A stretch of 64,000 nucleotides of DNA from Dehalococcoidia bacterium (GCA_965203775.1 OZ241913.1:2522366-2586365); one strand, 5' to 3'. Positions 1 through 9,764 are shown, counted from the first letter of the stretch. Program-made: numbers and translations. Notes: a model not told the origin generated them from the sequence alone.

Positions 1-1143
1 GCTCCGACCGCTCAGCAGGAGCAGCAAGCCGAGCCCGCCGCCGAAGAGCCGCCCCCGCCACCACTGATCATCACCGACGCCGTCAACTTCACCGTCGAAT
101 ACATCGGCGACGCCAAGCTCGTGCACGTGCTCCAGCCCGAACCCGGCGCGCCGGGCGCCGTCTACGTCCTGGCGCAGCGCGGCGCGGCCGAGCCCGAGGG
201 CGGCTGGGCGAGCCTCGCCGACGACCTGATCGCCGCGCGCGATCTCGCCCCCGCGACCGTGATTGAAGTCCCGATCAGGTCGCTTTTCACATCCTCGACC
301 ACGCAGCTGCCGGCGCTCGACATCCTGGGCGTCGTCGACCGCCTGAGCGGCGTCGCGCAGCATGCATTCGTAACAACCGAATCGGTGCGCGCGAGGATCG
401 ACGCGGGGCAACTCGCCGAGTTCGCCCCTACGCCCGCCGTCGACGCCGAAGTCGTGCTCGCCGCCCAACCCGATGTGCTAATGACCTCCGGCTTCTGGGA
501 CGACGCCTACGACGTAATCCAAAGCGCCGGCACGGCCATCGTTCATAACGGCGATTGGGTAGAAAGCTCCCCGCTGGGGCGCGCCGAGTGGGTCAAATTC
601 GTCAGCCTCTTCTTCAACCGCGAAGCCGAGGCGGAAGCCTGGTACCAGCAGATCCGCAGCGATTACGAGGCCGCAAAAGCCGTCGCCGCCGAAGTCGCGC
701 GCCGCCCGACAGTCCATACCGGCCAGGTCTGGGACGGCGCCTGGTACGCCTCGGGCGGGCAATCCTACGTCGCGCGGCTGCTCGCCGACGCGGGCGCGGA
801 CTATGTTTGGGCGGACAACGATGCGGCGGGTTCGCTGAAGCACGACATCGAGACACAGCTTGCCCGCGCGAGCGATGCGGAGTTTTGGCTGCACGCCGCC
901 AGCTGGTGGGCCAGCGCCGCCGCCGCGCTCGCCGAAGACGCCCGCTACGGCGAGTTCGCCTCAATGCAAAACGGCAATGTCTGGAATCCCACGCTCGCCG
1001 TCAACGAGCAGGGCGGTAACGACTACTTCGAGAGCGGCAGCGTGCGCCCCGACCTCGTCCTCCGCGACCTGATCGCGATCCTGCACCCGCAGCTGATGCC
1101 CGACCACGAATTCGTCTACTACCAACGGTTGCCCGCGCAATGA
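1..1143 (+). CDS. Cobalamin/iron-siderophore ABC transporter substrate-binding protein (5' partial)
   Basis: Frame open from base 1; BtuF/FepB-type motifs (E-SPLGRAEWVKF, GGQSYVARLLADAGA, GGNDYFESG.VRPDLVLRDL); next to a FecCD permease. Confidence 0.85.
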   Translation, partial: APTAQQEQQAEPAAEEPPPPPLIITDAVNFTVEYIGDAKLVHVLQPEPGAPGAVYVLAQRGAAEPEGGWASLADDLIAARDLAPATVIEVPIRSLFTSSTTQLPALDILGVVDRLSGVAQHAFVTTESVRARIDAGQLAEFAPTPAVDAEVVLAAQPDVLMTSGFWDDAYDVIQSAGTAIVHNGDWVESSPLGRAEWVKFVSLFFNREAEAEAWYQQIRSDYEAAKAVAAEVARRPTVHTGQVWDGAWYASGGQSYVARLLADAGADYVWADNDAAGSLKHDIETQLARASDAEFWLHAASWWASAAAALAEDARYGEFASMQNGNVWNPTLAVNEQGGNDYFESGSVRPDLVLRDLIAILHPQLMPDHEFVYYQRLPAQ

Positions 1144-2273
1144 GCACGCTCGAAGCGGCGCAGACCGGCGCGCCCGACGCCGCAGCCGAATCGGCCGCGT
1201 TCGCCTCGCTCGGCCGCTTGCGCGGACGCACCGTCGTCGGCTTCGCCGTGCTGATCGTCGGCGCGCTCGCGCTCGCCCTGCTCGGCGTCGCCGTCGGCTC
1301 GATTGCAATTCCTTTCGACGCCACGCTCAACGCGCTGGCCGGCCTCTTCGGCGCATCCGAAGCCGCGGGCGGCGAACAGAGCGTCTGGACGACGGTGATC
1401 CGCCAGATTCGCATCCCGCGCACGCTCACCGCGCTATTGGCGGGCGCGGCGCTCGGCGTCGCCGGCTTGCAAATGCAGACTCTCTTCCGCAACCCGCTCG
1501 CCGACCCGTTCGTGCTCGGCATCAGCGCCGGCGCATCGTTCGGCGTCGCCGCCGTCGTACTCGTCGCCGGCACGGGACTCACGCTGTTCACCGCCGGGCT
1601 CGGCTGGCTCGGCGACCTCGGGCTCGCCGGCGCGGCATTCGTGGGCGCGGCATTCGTCATGGCGCTGGTGCTCGCGCTCTCGCTCCGCGTTCGCAGCATC
1701 GTCACCGTGCTGATCGTCGGCCTGCTCGTCGGGCAACTCGTCGGAGCGCTGATCACCATCCTGATCTCCGCCGCCGAAGAGCAGTACGTCGATCAATTTG
1801 TCCGCTGGGGCTTCGGCTCGTTCCGCGGTGTTACCTGGTCCGAGCTGGGCATCCTCGCACCCGCCGTCGCCGCGGGCGTCATAATCGCGCTGCTCAGCGT
1901 CAAGCAGCTCAACGCGCTGCTGCTCGGCGAGTCCTACGCGCGCAGCCTGGGCGTCCACGTGCGCCGCGCCCAACTGGCGGCGATGCTCGGCGCAGCGCTG
2001 CTGGCCGGTTCCGTCACCGCCTTCGCCGGGCCCATCGCCTTCCTCGGCGTCGCCATCCCCCACCTCGCGCGCGGCCTCTTCCGCACCTCCGACCACCGCA
2101 TCCTCGCGCCGGCCGTGATCCTCTGCGGCGGCATCCTGGCGCTCGCTGCCGAGATCGTCGCCCAACTGCCCGGCGTCGGCAGCGTCCTGCCGCTCAACGC
2201 CGTCACCGCGCTGATCGGCGCGCCCGTTGTGCTCAGCGTGCTGCTCCGCCGCCGCCGTCTCTCGGCGGTATGA
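1140..2273 (+). CDS. FecCD/BtuC-family ABC permease
   Basis: IRIPR, MQTLFRNPLADPFVLGISAGA, GPIAFLGVAIPHLAR motifs; ATGA overlap with upstream gene. Confidence 0.92.
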   Translation: MSTLEAAQTGAPDAAAESAAFASLGRLRGRTVVGFAVLIVGALALALLGVAVGSIAIPFDATLNALAGLFGASEAAGGEQSVWTTVIRQIRIPRTLTALLAGAALGVAGLQMQTLFRNPLADPFVLGISAGASFGVAAVVLVAGTGLTLFTAGLGWLGDLGLAGAAFVGAAFVMALVLALSLRVRSIVTVLIVGLLVGQLVGALITILISAAEEQYVDQFVRWGFGSFRGVTWSELGILAPAVAAGVIIALLSVKQLNALLLGESYARSLGVHVRRAQLAAMLGAALLAGSVTAFAGPIAFLGVAIPHLARGLFRTSDHRILAPAVILCGGILALAAEIVAQLPGVGSVLPLNAVTALIGAPVVLSVLLRRRRLSAV

Positions 2274-2292
2274 TCCGACGCAAGGAGACGCC

Positions 2293-2943
2293 ATGGTCAC
2301 CGCAGCCAGCACCACTGCCGCCGCTACAGCCGAGAAACCGCCCGTCAAAACCGAGATCTCTGCCGATCTCCCGGTGCTGCGTTTCCCCCCCGAAGCCCCG
2401 CTGACCGACGAGCTCCTCGCGCAACTCAGTTCACTCAATAGCCCCTGGCACTTTGAGCGCACGCCGGAGGGAGCGCTGCAAATCATGGCCCCAGCATCTC
2501 CCGACGCGGACGACGTAGCGGCTGATTTCGGCAGGCAGGTAGGAAATTGGGCGCACGACCTCCACATCGGCCAAACCTACGGCTCATCGCCCGGCTTCAC
2601 GACGCCCGACGGCGCGGTGCTGTCGCCCGACGCGGCCTGGATCAGCGACGAGCGCTTGGCGGCGCTGCCGCCGCGCGGGCAGCGGCCCGCATTCCCCGCA
2701 ATCATCCCCGACCTGGTGATCGAAGTCCGCTCGCCCGGCGACCGGCTCTCGCGGCAGCAGGAGAAGATGGCGCGTTGGATCGCCTACGGCGCGCGGCTCG
2801 GCTGGCTGGTCGACCCGCTCAACAGCCGCGTCTACGTCTACCGCCCCGGCGCGGAGCCGGAGGTGCTGGAGCGGCCCGACGCGATCAGCGGCGAGCCGGA
2901 GTTTCCCGGCCTCGAGATCGACTGCGTCGACATCTGGTGGTAG
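2293..2943 (+). CDS. Uma2-family (PD-(D/E)XK-like) endonuclease, copy 1
   Basis: AGGAG SD before ATG 2293; SPDAAW...PDLVIEVRSP...KM..W...G.RLGWLVDP motifs. Confidence 0.88.
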   Translation: MVTAASTTAAATAEKPPVKTEISADLPVLRFPPEAPLTDELLAQLSSLNSPWHFERTPEGALQIMAPASPDADDVAADFGRQVGNWAHDLHIGQTYGSSPGFTTPDGAVLSPDAAWISDERLAALPPRGQRPAFPAIIPDLVIEVRSPGDRLSRQQEKMARWIAYGARLGWLVDPLNSRVYVYRPGAEPEVLERPDAISGEPEFPGLEIDCVDIWW

Positions 2944-2994
2944 CGCTCAGCCGCCGTCGACTCTCGGCAGTAAGATTGGACGCGAGGAGACGCC

Positions 2995-3633
2995 ATGGCC
3001 ACCGCAGCCAGCATCACCGCCGAGAAGCCGCTCGTTGAGACCGCAGTACTCATCGATCTCCCGGTGCTGCGCTTCCCCCCCGAGTCGCCGCTGACCGACG
3101 AACTCCTCGCGCGACTCAGTTCGCTGAACAGCCCCTGGCATTTCGAGCGCACACCGGAGGGAGCGCTACAAATCATGGCTCCAGCAGCACCCGACGCCGA
3201 TCACTTCGGCTACGAAGTCATGTGGGTGGTCGGACAATGGGCGCACATGCTCGCCGGTGGCCGCACCCACGGCTCGTCGCCCGGCTTCACGATGCCGGAT
3301 GGCTCGGTCCTGTCGCCCGACGGCGCCTGGATCAGCGACGAGCGACTCGCCTCCCTCCCGCCACTCGGCCGGAGCCGCGGCTTCCCCTCGGTCGTCCCCG
3401 ACCTGATCGTCGAAGTTCGCTCTCCGAGCGACGAGCTGCCCAAGCAGCAGGAGAAAATGGAGCGCTGGATTGGCTACAGCGCGCGGTTGGGCTGGCTGTT
3501 CGATCCGGGCGAAGACCGCCTCTACGTCTACCGACCCAACAGCGCGCCGGAAGTCCTGGAGCGGCCCGACACGCTCAGCGGCGAGCCGGAGTTTCCCGGG
3601 CTCGAAATCGATCTCTCCGAAATCTGGTGGTAG
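2995..3633 (+). CDS. Uma2-family endonuclease, copy 2
   Basis: Same motifs (SPDGAW, PDLIVEVRSP) and same GAGGAGACGCCATG start context. Confidence 0.88.
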   Translation: MATAASITAEKPLVETAVLIDLPVLRFPPESPLTDELLARLSSLNSPWHFERTPEGALQIMAPAAPDADHFGYEVMWVVGQWAHMLAGGRTHGSSPGFTMPDGSVLSPDGAWISDERLASLPPLGRSRGFPSVVPDLIVEVRSPSDELPKQQEKMERWIGYSARLGWLFDPGEDRLYVYRPNSAPEVLERPDTLSGEPEFPGLEIDLSEIWW

Positions 3634-3680
3634 CCGCCGACATCGCCTCTCGGCAGTACGATTCCCCGCGAGGAGACGCC

Positions 3681-4316
3681 ATGGTCACCGCGACCGACAC
3701 CACGGCCGAAAGCCCTGTCAAAGCCGAGATCTCCGTTGAGCTCCCGGTGCTGCGCTTCCCGCCCGAGTCGCCGCTGACCGACGAGCTCCTCGCGCAACTC
3801 AGTTCGCTGAACAGCCCCTGGCACTTCGAGCGCACGCCGGAGGGAGCACTGCAAATCATGGCCCCGGCATCTCCCGACGCGGACGACATCGCTCTGGACT
3901 TCGGCAGCCAGGTCAAAGACTGGCAGCGAACGACGGCGGGCGGCCAAACCTACGGCTCCTCGCCCGGCTTCACGACGCCCGACGGCGCGGTGCTGTCGCC
4001 CGACGCAGCCTGGATCAGCGACGAACGCCTTGCGGCGCTGCCGCCGCGCGGCCAGCGTCCCGCATTCCCCGCAATCATCCCCGACCTGGTGATCGAAGTC
4101 CGCTCGCCCGGCGACCGGCTCTCGCGGCAACAGGAGAAGATGGCGCGTTGGATCGCCTACGGCGCGCGGCTCGGCTGGCTGGTCGACCCGCTCAACAGCC
4201 GCGTCTACGTCTACCGCCCCGGTGCGGAGCCGGAAGTCCTCGAGCGCCCCGACACGATCAGTGGCGAGCCGGAGTTCCCCGGCCTCGAGATCGACTGCGT
4301 CGACATCTGGTGGTAG
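3681..4316 (+). CDS. Uma2-family endonuclease, copy 3
   Basis: GAGGAGACGCC-ATG at 3681; near-identical to copy 1 outside the N-terminus and one internal segment. Confidence 0.88.
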   Translation: MVTATDTTAESPVKAEISVELPVLRFPPESPLTDELLAQLSSLNSPWHFERTPEGALQIMAPASPDADDIALDFGSQVKDWQRTTAGGQTYGSSPGFTTPDGAVLSPDAAWISDERLAALPPRGQRPAFPAIIPDLVIEVRSPGDRLSRQQEKMARWIAYGARLGWLVDPLNSRVYVYRPGAEPEVLERPDTISGEPEFPGLEIDCVDIWW

Positions 4317-4319
4317 CGC

Positions 4320-5801
4320 TCAGCTGCCGCTTGCATCCCTGCCGCGCGGCGAGATCACCAGCACCAACACACCCGCGCTGAGCAGCAGCGCCGCTCCCGC
4401 GGCCGCCACCACCACGTAGTCCCAGGGGAAGCCGCCGGACACCGAGAAGCTCGGACCGGCGCGCCGCAACGATTGCCGACGCTCGATCTCCGCCGTGCGC
4501 GCCGCGATCTCCTCCGCGCTGCGCTGATCATCCGCTTCCGCCGCCTCCCGCTCGTCGGCCGCTTCCGCGCCGCCGCTCTCCGCTGTCTCCGAATCGCCGG
4601 CGGGCTCGCTCTGCGCTTGCTGCGGCTCGGCGGCCTCCTCCGGTTCCGCCACCTCCGGCCCGGCGATCACCTCATCTTCGATCACCGTCGAGCGGTCCTC
4701 GCCGCGCACGCGCGGCGCCAGACCAACCGACGCCCGCCAGGCGTCGTCCAGACCGTCGCGCCCAAAGCCGTACACCGCCGTCAGCGCGTTCTCGATCGTC
4801 GAGCCCGACTTCATCTCCGCGAACAGCGCGGCGAACTGATCCGCGCCGTAGCTGTCAATCAGGAAGGTCACCAGCGAGGCCGACTGGCCGTAGAAAATGT
4901 CGACCTGGCCCGGGATGTTGCTGTTCGACGCCATCCCGCGCACCGGCAGCACGACGTCGTTGTCAATTGCCCGCCGCAACGCGCCGCCGCGCCGGCGCTG
5001 CCAGTCGCCTTCGGAGATCGTCGCCGTGCCCTCGTCCAGCCATGAGGGCAGATCGCCGAGTGCGCTCTCGCCCGCGATCTTCGTCAGCACGTGCGTCAGC
5101 TCATGCCGAATCACCCAGGCGTCCGGCTGGTAGATATGCACCAGGTCCGCCAGCACCCGCACGCCGCCGGTGATCACCTGCTCGTCGAAGCCTTCGCTGC
5201 GCACCCGCTGTACGCCCTGCGCATCCGCTTCGCTGCGCCAGACGTAGACCTTGAGCGGGAAATCCACCGTGATGCCCAGCAGCGCCGTCATCTCCTCGAC
5301 GGCGTTCAGTCCCTCGACGGCCAGCTCGGCGGCGACGCTTTCGCTGTCGTAGTAACGCACGACCACATCGCCGCGCGACAGCTCGTCCCACTCGTAACGT
5401 GGATCTTCGTAGCGCCAGATTTCCCGCTCAGTTTCGATCACCGTGCCGTCGCTCGAGGTCAGCTCCCAGAACCACTCGATGTCCGCGCCGACCGGAATGT
5501 AGATATCCGCGCCGCTCGTCTCCACCACCGCCGAGGCGCGCGTCACGTCGCCACGCATGACCTCGGCCGGCTGCCGCGTCAGCGCGCCCTCCGGCAAGAT
5601 CGTGTAGAAGAACACCACCTCAGCCGCCTGCGCGCCATCCGCGATCAGCGCGGTGAACGTCACCGAACTGGGAAACTCCTCGATGCGGATCGCGGTGTCC
5701 TGCACCTGCGGCGCGCCCTGCGCCTGCCCGCCGCCGGCCAGTAGCACCGACGCGAGCAATGCGACGATCAATGCGATCAGCAGCGCTCCCAGCCGCATCA
5801 T
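4320..5801 (-). CDS. Secreted/membrane-anchored peptidase MA-family (gluzincin) metalloprotease
   Basis: Signal peptide, HELTH zinc motif followed by WLDEGTA, C-terminal TM helix. Confidence 0.8.
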   Translation of the reverse strand: MMRLGALLIALIVALLASVLLAGGGQAQGAPQVQDTAIRIEEFPSSVTFTALIADGAQAAEVVFFYTILPEGALTRQPAEVMRGDVTRASAVVETSGADIYIPVGADIEWFWELTSSDGTVIETEREIWRYEDPRYEWDELSRGDVVVRYYDSESVAAELAVEGLNAVEEMTALLGITVDFPLKVYVWRSEADAQGVQRVRSEGFDEQVITGGVRVLADLVHIYQPDAWVIRHELTHVLTKIAGESALGDLPSWLDEGTATISEGDWQRRRGGALRRAIDNDVVLPVRGMASNSNIPGQVDIFYGQSASLVTFLIDSYGADQFAALFAEMKSGSTIENALTAVYGFGRDGLDDAWRASVGLAPRVRGEDRSTVIEDEVIAGPEVAEPEEAAEPQQAQSEPAGDSETAESGGAEAADEREAAEADDQRSAEEIAARTAEIERRQSLRRAGPSFSVSGGFPWDYVVVAAAGAALLLSAGVLVLVISPRGRDASGS

Positions 5802-6908
5802 GCTTCCTCCTCCGCGCCGATCCGCGTTTGCAGCCAGGCCCGCAGCAGCGGATCAATCTCGCCGTCCAGCACGCTCTCCGTGTCCGACGTTTCGTAGCCG
5901 CTGCGCAGGTCCTTGACCATCCGGTACGGCTGGAGCACGTAGCTGCGAATTTGATTGCCCCAACCGGCGTCGAGCTGCTCGCCGCGCATCTTGCGCCGCT
6001 CAGCCTCATGCTTCTCCTGGCGGATATGCAGCAGCCGCGACTTCAACACCTTCATCGCGCTGTCGCGGTTGCGCCGCAGCGACCGCTCATTCTGGCAGGA
6101 GACCACCATGTTCGTGGGCAGATGCGTAATCCGCACCGCCGTCGCGTTCTTCTGCACGTTCTGCCCGCCGTGCCCCGACGCGCGGTAAACATCCACTTTG
6201 AGTTCGTCCGGGTTCAGCTCGATGTCGTCCATCGCCTCCGCTTCCGGCAGCACGTCGACCTTGGCGAACGAGGTGTGGCGCGAGTGCTGCTGATCGAACG
6301 GCGAGATGCGCACCAGGCGATGCACCCCGTGCTCCGAGCGCAGCCAGCCATAGGCCGAGTCGCCCTTGATCTCCAGCGTCGCCGACTTAATCCCCGCCTC
6401 TTCCCCCTCTACTCGGCTGACCAGTTCGACGGCGAACTCGGAGCGCTCGCCCCAGCGCAGATACATCCGCTCCAGCATCTCCGCCCAATCCTGCGACTCC
6501 GTGCCGCCCACGCCGGGAAAAATCTCGACGATCGCGTTGCGCTCATCGTAAGGGCCCGACAGCGCCAGCTGAAACGACTGCTCCTCGAGCTGCGCGGCGA
6601 TCGCCTGCGTCTCCTGCTCCAGCTCCGCCGCCATCGCCTGATCGTCGTCCGCCGCCGCCAGCTCGACCAGCTCCACCGCCTCGTCTAGGCGGCGCTCCAG
6701 ACCGCGCCAGACCTCAAGCGTCCGCTGCCGCGCCGCCAGACGCCTCATCTTGGCCCGCGCGCGTTCGGCGTCGTCCCAAAACGCCGGGGACGCGGACTCC
6801 CGCTCCAGCGCGGCCGACTCCCGCTCCAGCGCCGGCAGGTCAAAGACGCTCCAGCGTGTCGCTCAGCCGCGCGCCCAACTCCGTCAACTCGCTCTGCAGG
6901 TCGTCCAT
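5798..6908 (-). CDS. prfB: Peptide chain release factor 2, with programmed +1 frameshift
   Basis: GGQ and SPF motifs, GWGNQIRSYV; ATG at 6908 (AGGAG SD) reads MDDLQSELTELGARLSDTLERL then CTT TGA C and continues in the +1 frame. Confidence 0.95.
6839..6852 (-). promoter_or_regulatory. prfB autoregulatory +1 frameshift site (GGAG-CGT-CTT-TGA-C)
   Basis: Canonical CTTTGAC slippery stop with SD-like GGAG 3 nt upstream. Confidence 0.9.
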
Positions 6909-6993
6909 CGTTGCCCGTCTCCTCAACGCTCATCAGAGTACCAGCGGCCTTGGGATCGTGCCCACAATTTCGCCATACCCGCGCCAGAGAGAT

Positions 6994-7327
6994 CCGTCAT
7001 TCCTGCGCAGGCAGGAAACCCAGCTGGCCTCCAGCACCGCGATGCCGCGACGACTCACCCAAGCCACTCCGCGCCGCCGCCGAGCCTCGCTTACTGCCTG
7101 CATTCCTGCGCAGGCAGGAATGACGGAGGGGGTGCAGGAATGACGGGAGAGCGCGGGTCCGACGGAGGGGGTGCAGGAATGACGGGAGAGCACGGGTCCG
7201 ACGGAGGTACGGCATGGGTGATCGGGGCGCGGTACGACGGAGGTGCGGCATGGGGTGATCGGGGCGCGGTACGACGGGCGGCGGCGGCTCGTGGCATTCC
7301 ACCCCCCACCTAACCTCCCCCCTGGAA
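6994..7327. repeat. Mosaic repeat cluster: repeat A palindromes, short tandem units, left half of a repeat-B hairpin
   Basis: CGTCATTCCTGCGCAGGCAGGAA at ~6995, CATTCCTGCGCAGGCAGGAATGACG at ~7101; CCCCCCACCTAACCTCCCCCC-TGGAA directly before the IS. Confidence 0.85.
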
Positions 7328-8515
7328 GAGACCTTTGCACAACTCTGGGGGATCGGCGATTCTTGTGGGGAACGCGGTGGGTTGGACGCGAAAGGGGTGC
7401 GGCATGGAGCGTGAGCGCAGGCAGGGGTCGTTCGGCGAGGCGCAGATACCGGAGCGTCGCGGGCGCAACGCGCAGTTGGAGGCGATCCACGCGGCGATTG
7501 ATTGGACGCGCTTCGCGCGGCTGCTGGCCGGGCTGCACGGCTCGCGGATGGGCCGCAAGGCCTACCCGGCGCTGGTCATGCTCAAAATCTGTCTGCTGCA
7601 GCAGTGGCACGACCTGTCCGATCCGGCGATGGAGGACATGCTCTGGGAGCGCGCCTCGTTCTGCCGCTTCGCGGGGCTGAGCCTCTGCGAGGAGATTCCC
7701 GATCACTCCACGATCAGCCGCTACCGCGCGCTGTTCGCGCAGCGCGGGCTGGGCGAGGCGCTGCTGCGCGAGTTGGACGAGCAGTTGGAGGCGCAGGGGC
7801 TGTTCATCGAGCCGGGCCGCGCGACGCTGATGGACGCCACGCTGATCGAGGCGCAGGCCTCGCGGCGCCGCTCCAAGTCGGCCCAGGGGCCGACCGACCC
7901 GGACGCCGCCTGGGGCGGCGCCCGCGGGAACGCCTGCTACGGCTACAAGGGCCACGTCGGGGTCGACGCCGACACCCAGTTGATCCGCCGCGGCGTCTTC
8001 ACCCCGGCCAACGTCAACGAGTCGCAGGTCGCCGAGGCGCTGCTGACCGGCGACGAGGCGGCGGTGCACGCCGACCGCGCCTACGACAAGGCCGAGCGGC
8101 GCGCACTGCTGGAGGCGATGCGGATCGACTGCCGCATCCTCAGACGGGCCGACCGCTACCACCCGCTGACGGAGGCGGAGCGCGAACTGAACGCGCTCTG
8201 GGAGCGAACCAGACGCAAGGTCGAGCCGGTCTTCGGCACGTTCAAACGCAGCTACGGCTACCGCACCACGCGCTACTACAGCCTGGAGCGCAACCGCTTC
8301 GAGTTCTACCTCAAATGCCTCGCCTTCAACCTGCGCAAACTCGTGCGGCTGCAGGCCGCGGTCTAAGCCCCGCCGCCGCCGGGCGCAGTGCGCCCCAGCC
8401 GCCCGCGCAGCCCCAAAAACACCCGCCCGAACCCCCCGCGCAAGGCCCCAACCGCGCCATCCCGCGCCCTAAAACGCCCCCAACAACCCCGCCAGCCGAC
8501 TTTTTCAAAGGTCTC
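7328..8515 (+). mobile_element. IS5-family (IS5 subgroup, IS1106-like ends) insertion sequence, copy 1, 1188 bp
   Basis: Terminal IRs GAGACCTTTG.../...CAAAGGTCTC; 5-bp direct repeat TGGAA at 7323-7327 and 8516-8520. Confidence 0.93.
7404..8366 (+). CDS. IS5-family DDE transposase
   Basis: LLQQWHDLSDP, IPDHSTISRYR, MDATLI, YGYKGH, ADRAYD, RRKVEPVFG motifs. Confidence 0.93.
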   Translation: MERERRQGSFGEAQIPERRGRNAQLEAIHAAIDWTRFARLLAGLHGSRMGRKAYPALVMLKICLLQQWHDLSDPAMEDMLWERASFCRFAGLSLCEEIPDHSTISRYRALFAQRGLGEALLRELDEQLEAQGLFIEPGRATLMDATLIEAQASRRRSKSAQGPTDPDAAWGGARGNACYGYKGHVGVDADTQLIRRGVFTPANVNESQVAEALLTGDEAAVHADRAYDKAERRALLEAMRIDCRILRRADRYHPLTEAERELNALWERTRRKVEPVFGTFKRSYGYRTTRYYSLERNRFEFYLKCLAFNLRKLVRLQAAV

Positions 8516-8840
8516 TGGAAGGGGGGAGGGATGAATTGGGGAAGGAGTGGGAGTTGGGCGGGTGGTGGGCGCGGCGGAGCGCGGGGGTGTGGAGGGTCTG
8601 GGTTCCTGCCTGCGCAGGAATGACGGAGAGGGGCGCAGGAATGACGGAGGAGTGCAGGAATGATGGAGGGGGGCGCAGGAATGACGGAGGGGGGCGCAGG
8701 AATGATGGAGGGGGGGCGCAGGAATGATGGAGGGGGGGCGCAGGAATGACGGAGAGGGGCGCAGGAATGATGGAGGGGGGCGCAGGAATGATGGAGGAGG
8801 GCGTAGGAATGACGGAGGGGGGGGCGTAGGAATGACGGAA
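8516..8840. repeat. Right half of repeat B, repeat A, and about 11 tandem ~20-nt units GCAGGAATGA(C/T)GGAGGGGGC
   Basis: Read directly from the sequence. Confidence 0.88.
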
Positions 8841-8855
8841 GTGTGAACGCGCCCG

Positions 8856-9764
8856 CTAGCGCCCGGCGGCCGACATTTGCTGCATCCGCGCGGCGCGCGT
8901 GACATTGTTCAGCAGCATCGCCACCGTCATCGGGCCTACGCCGCCCGGCACCGGCGTGATGAAGCCCGCCCGCTCGCGCACGCTCTCGAAATCCACATCG
9001 CCGACCAGCCGGTAGCCGCGCTTGCGCGACGCATCCTCCACGCGGTTCACGCCCACATCGATCACCACCGCGCCCGGTCGCACCATCTCGCCCGCCACCA
9101 CGTTCGGGCGCCCCGCGGCGACCACCAGAATGTCGGCGCTGCGCGTGTGCGAGGCCAAATCCGTCGTCGAGGTGTGGCAGAGCGTCACCGTGGCGTTCGC
9201 GCCGGTGCGCTTCTGCGCCAGCATCGCCGCCAGCGGCAGCCCGACCAGCCGCGAGCGCCCCAGAATCACCACATGCTTGCCCGCCGGATCGTTGCCGCTG
9301 CGCACCAACAACTGCTGCACGCCGTGCGGCGTCGCCGGCGGAAACCGCTCGCGCCCCTGCAATACCCGCCCCTGATTCTCCGGATGTAGGCCGTCCACAT
9401 CCTTGAGCGGCGAAATCCGTTCGAGCAGCCCGTCGGCGTGCACCCCTTCGGGCAGCGGCAGCTGGACGATGATCCCGTGTATGTCCGGGTTGGCGTTGAG
9501 CGCGTCGATCTGCTCGGCCGCCCGCGCCTCGATCTCGGCTGCGTCGCCCTCCGCGGCAATGCGCGCGATCTGCACGCCGATGCCCGTCTCCGCGCCCGCC
9601 TGCTCCTTGCCCCGCACATAGGAGGCCGAAGCCGGATTGTCGCCCACCAGCAGTACGCCCAACCGCGGCATCAGTCCGTCGGCCAGCATCCGCTGCGTCT
9701 GCTCGGCCAGCGAGCCGCGAATCCCCGCCGCAATCTGCGCCCCGTCGATGATCTGCGCCGCCAT
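8856..9764 (-). CDS. folD: Bifunctional methylene-THF dehydrogenase/cyclohydrolase
   Basis: KDVDGLHP, GRSRLVGLP, DVGVNR, TPVPGGVGPMTVAML. Confidence 0.96.
   Translation of the reverse strand: MAAQIIDGAQIAAGIRGSLAEQTQRMLADGLMPRLGVLLVGDNPASASYVRGKEQAGAETGIGVQIARIAAEGDAAEIEARAAEQIDALNANPDIHGIIVQLPLPEGVHADGLLERISPLKDVDGLHPENQGRVLQGRERFPPATPHGVQQLLVRSGNDPAGKHVVILGRSRLVGLPLAAMLAQKRTGANATVTLCHTSTTDLASHTRSADILVVAAGRPNVVAGEMVRPGAVVIDVGVNRVEDASRKRGYRLVGDVDFESVRERAGFITPVPGGVGPMTVAMLLNNVTRAARMQQMSAAGR

Noticed and set aside
2293-4316. Diversity-generating retroelement acting on the Uma2 genes
   Set aside because: Differences are not restricted to adenines, and no reverse transcriptase or template repeat is present
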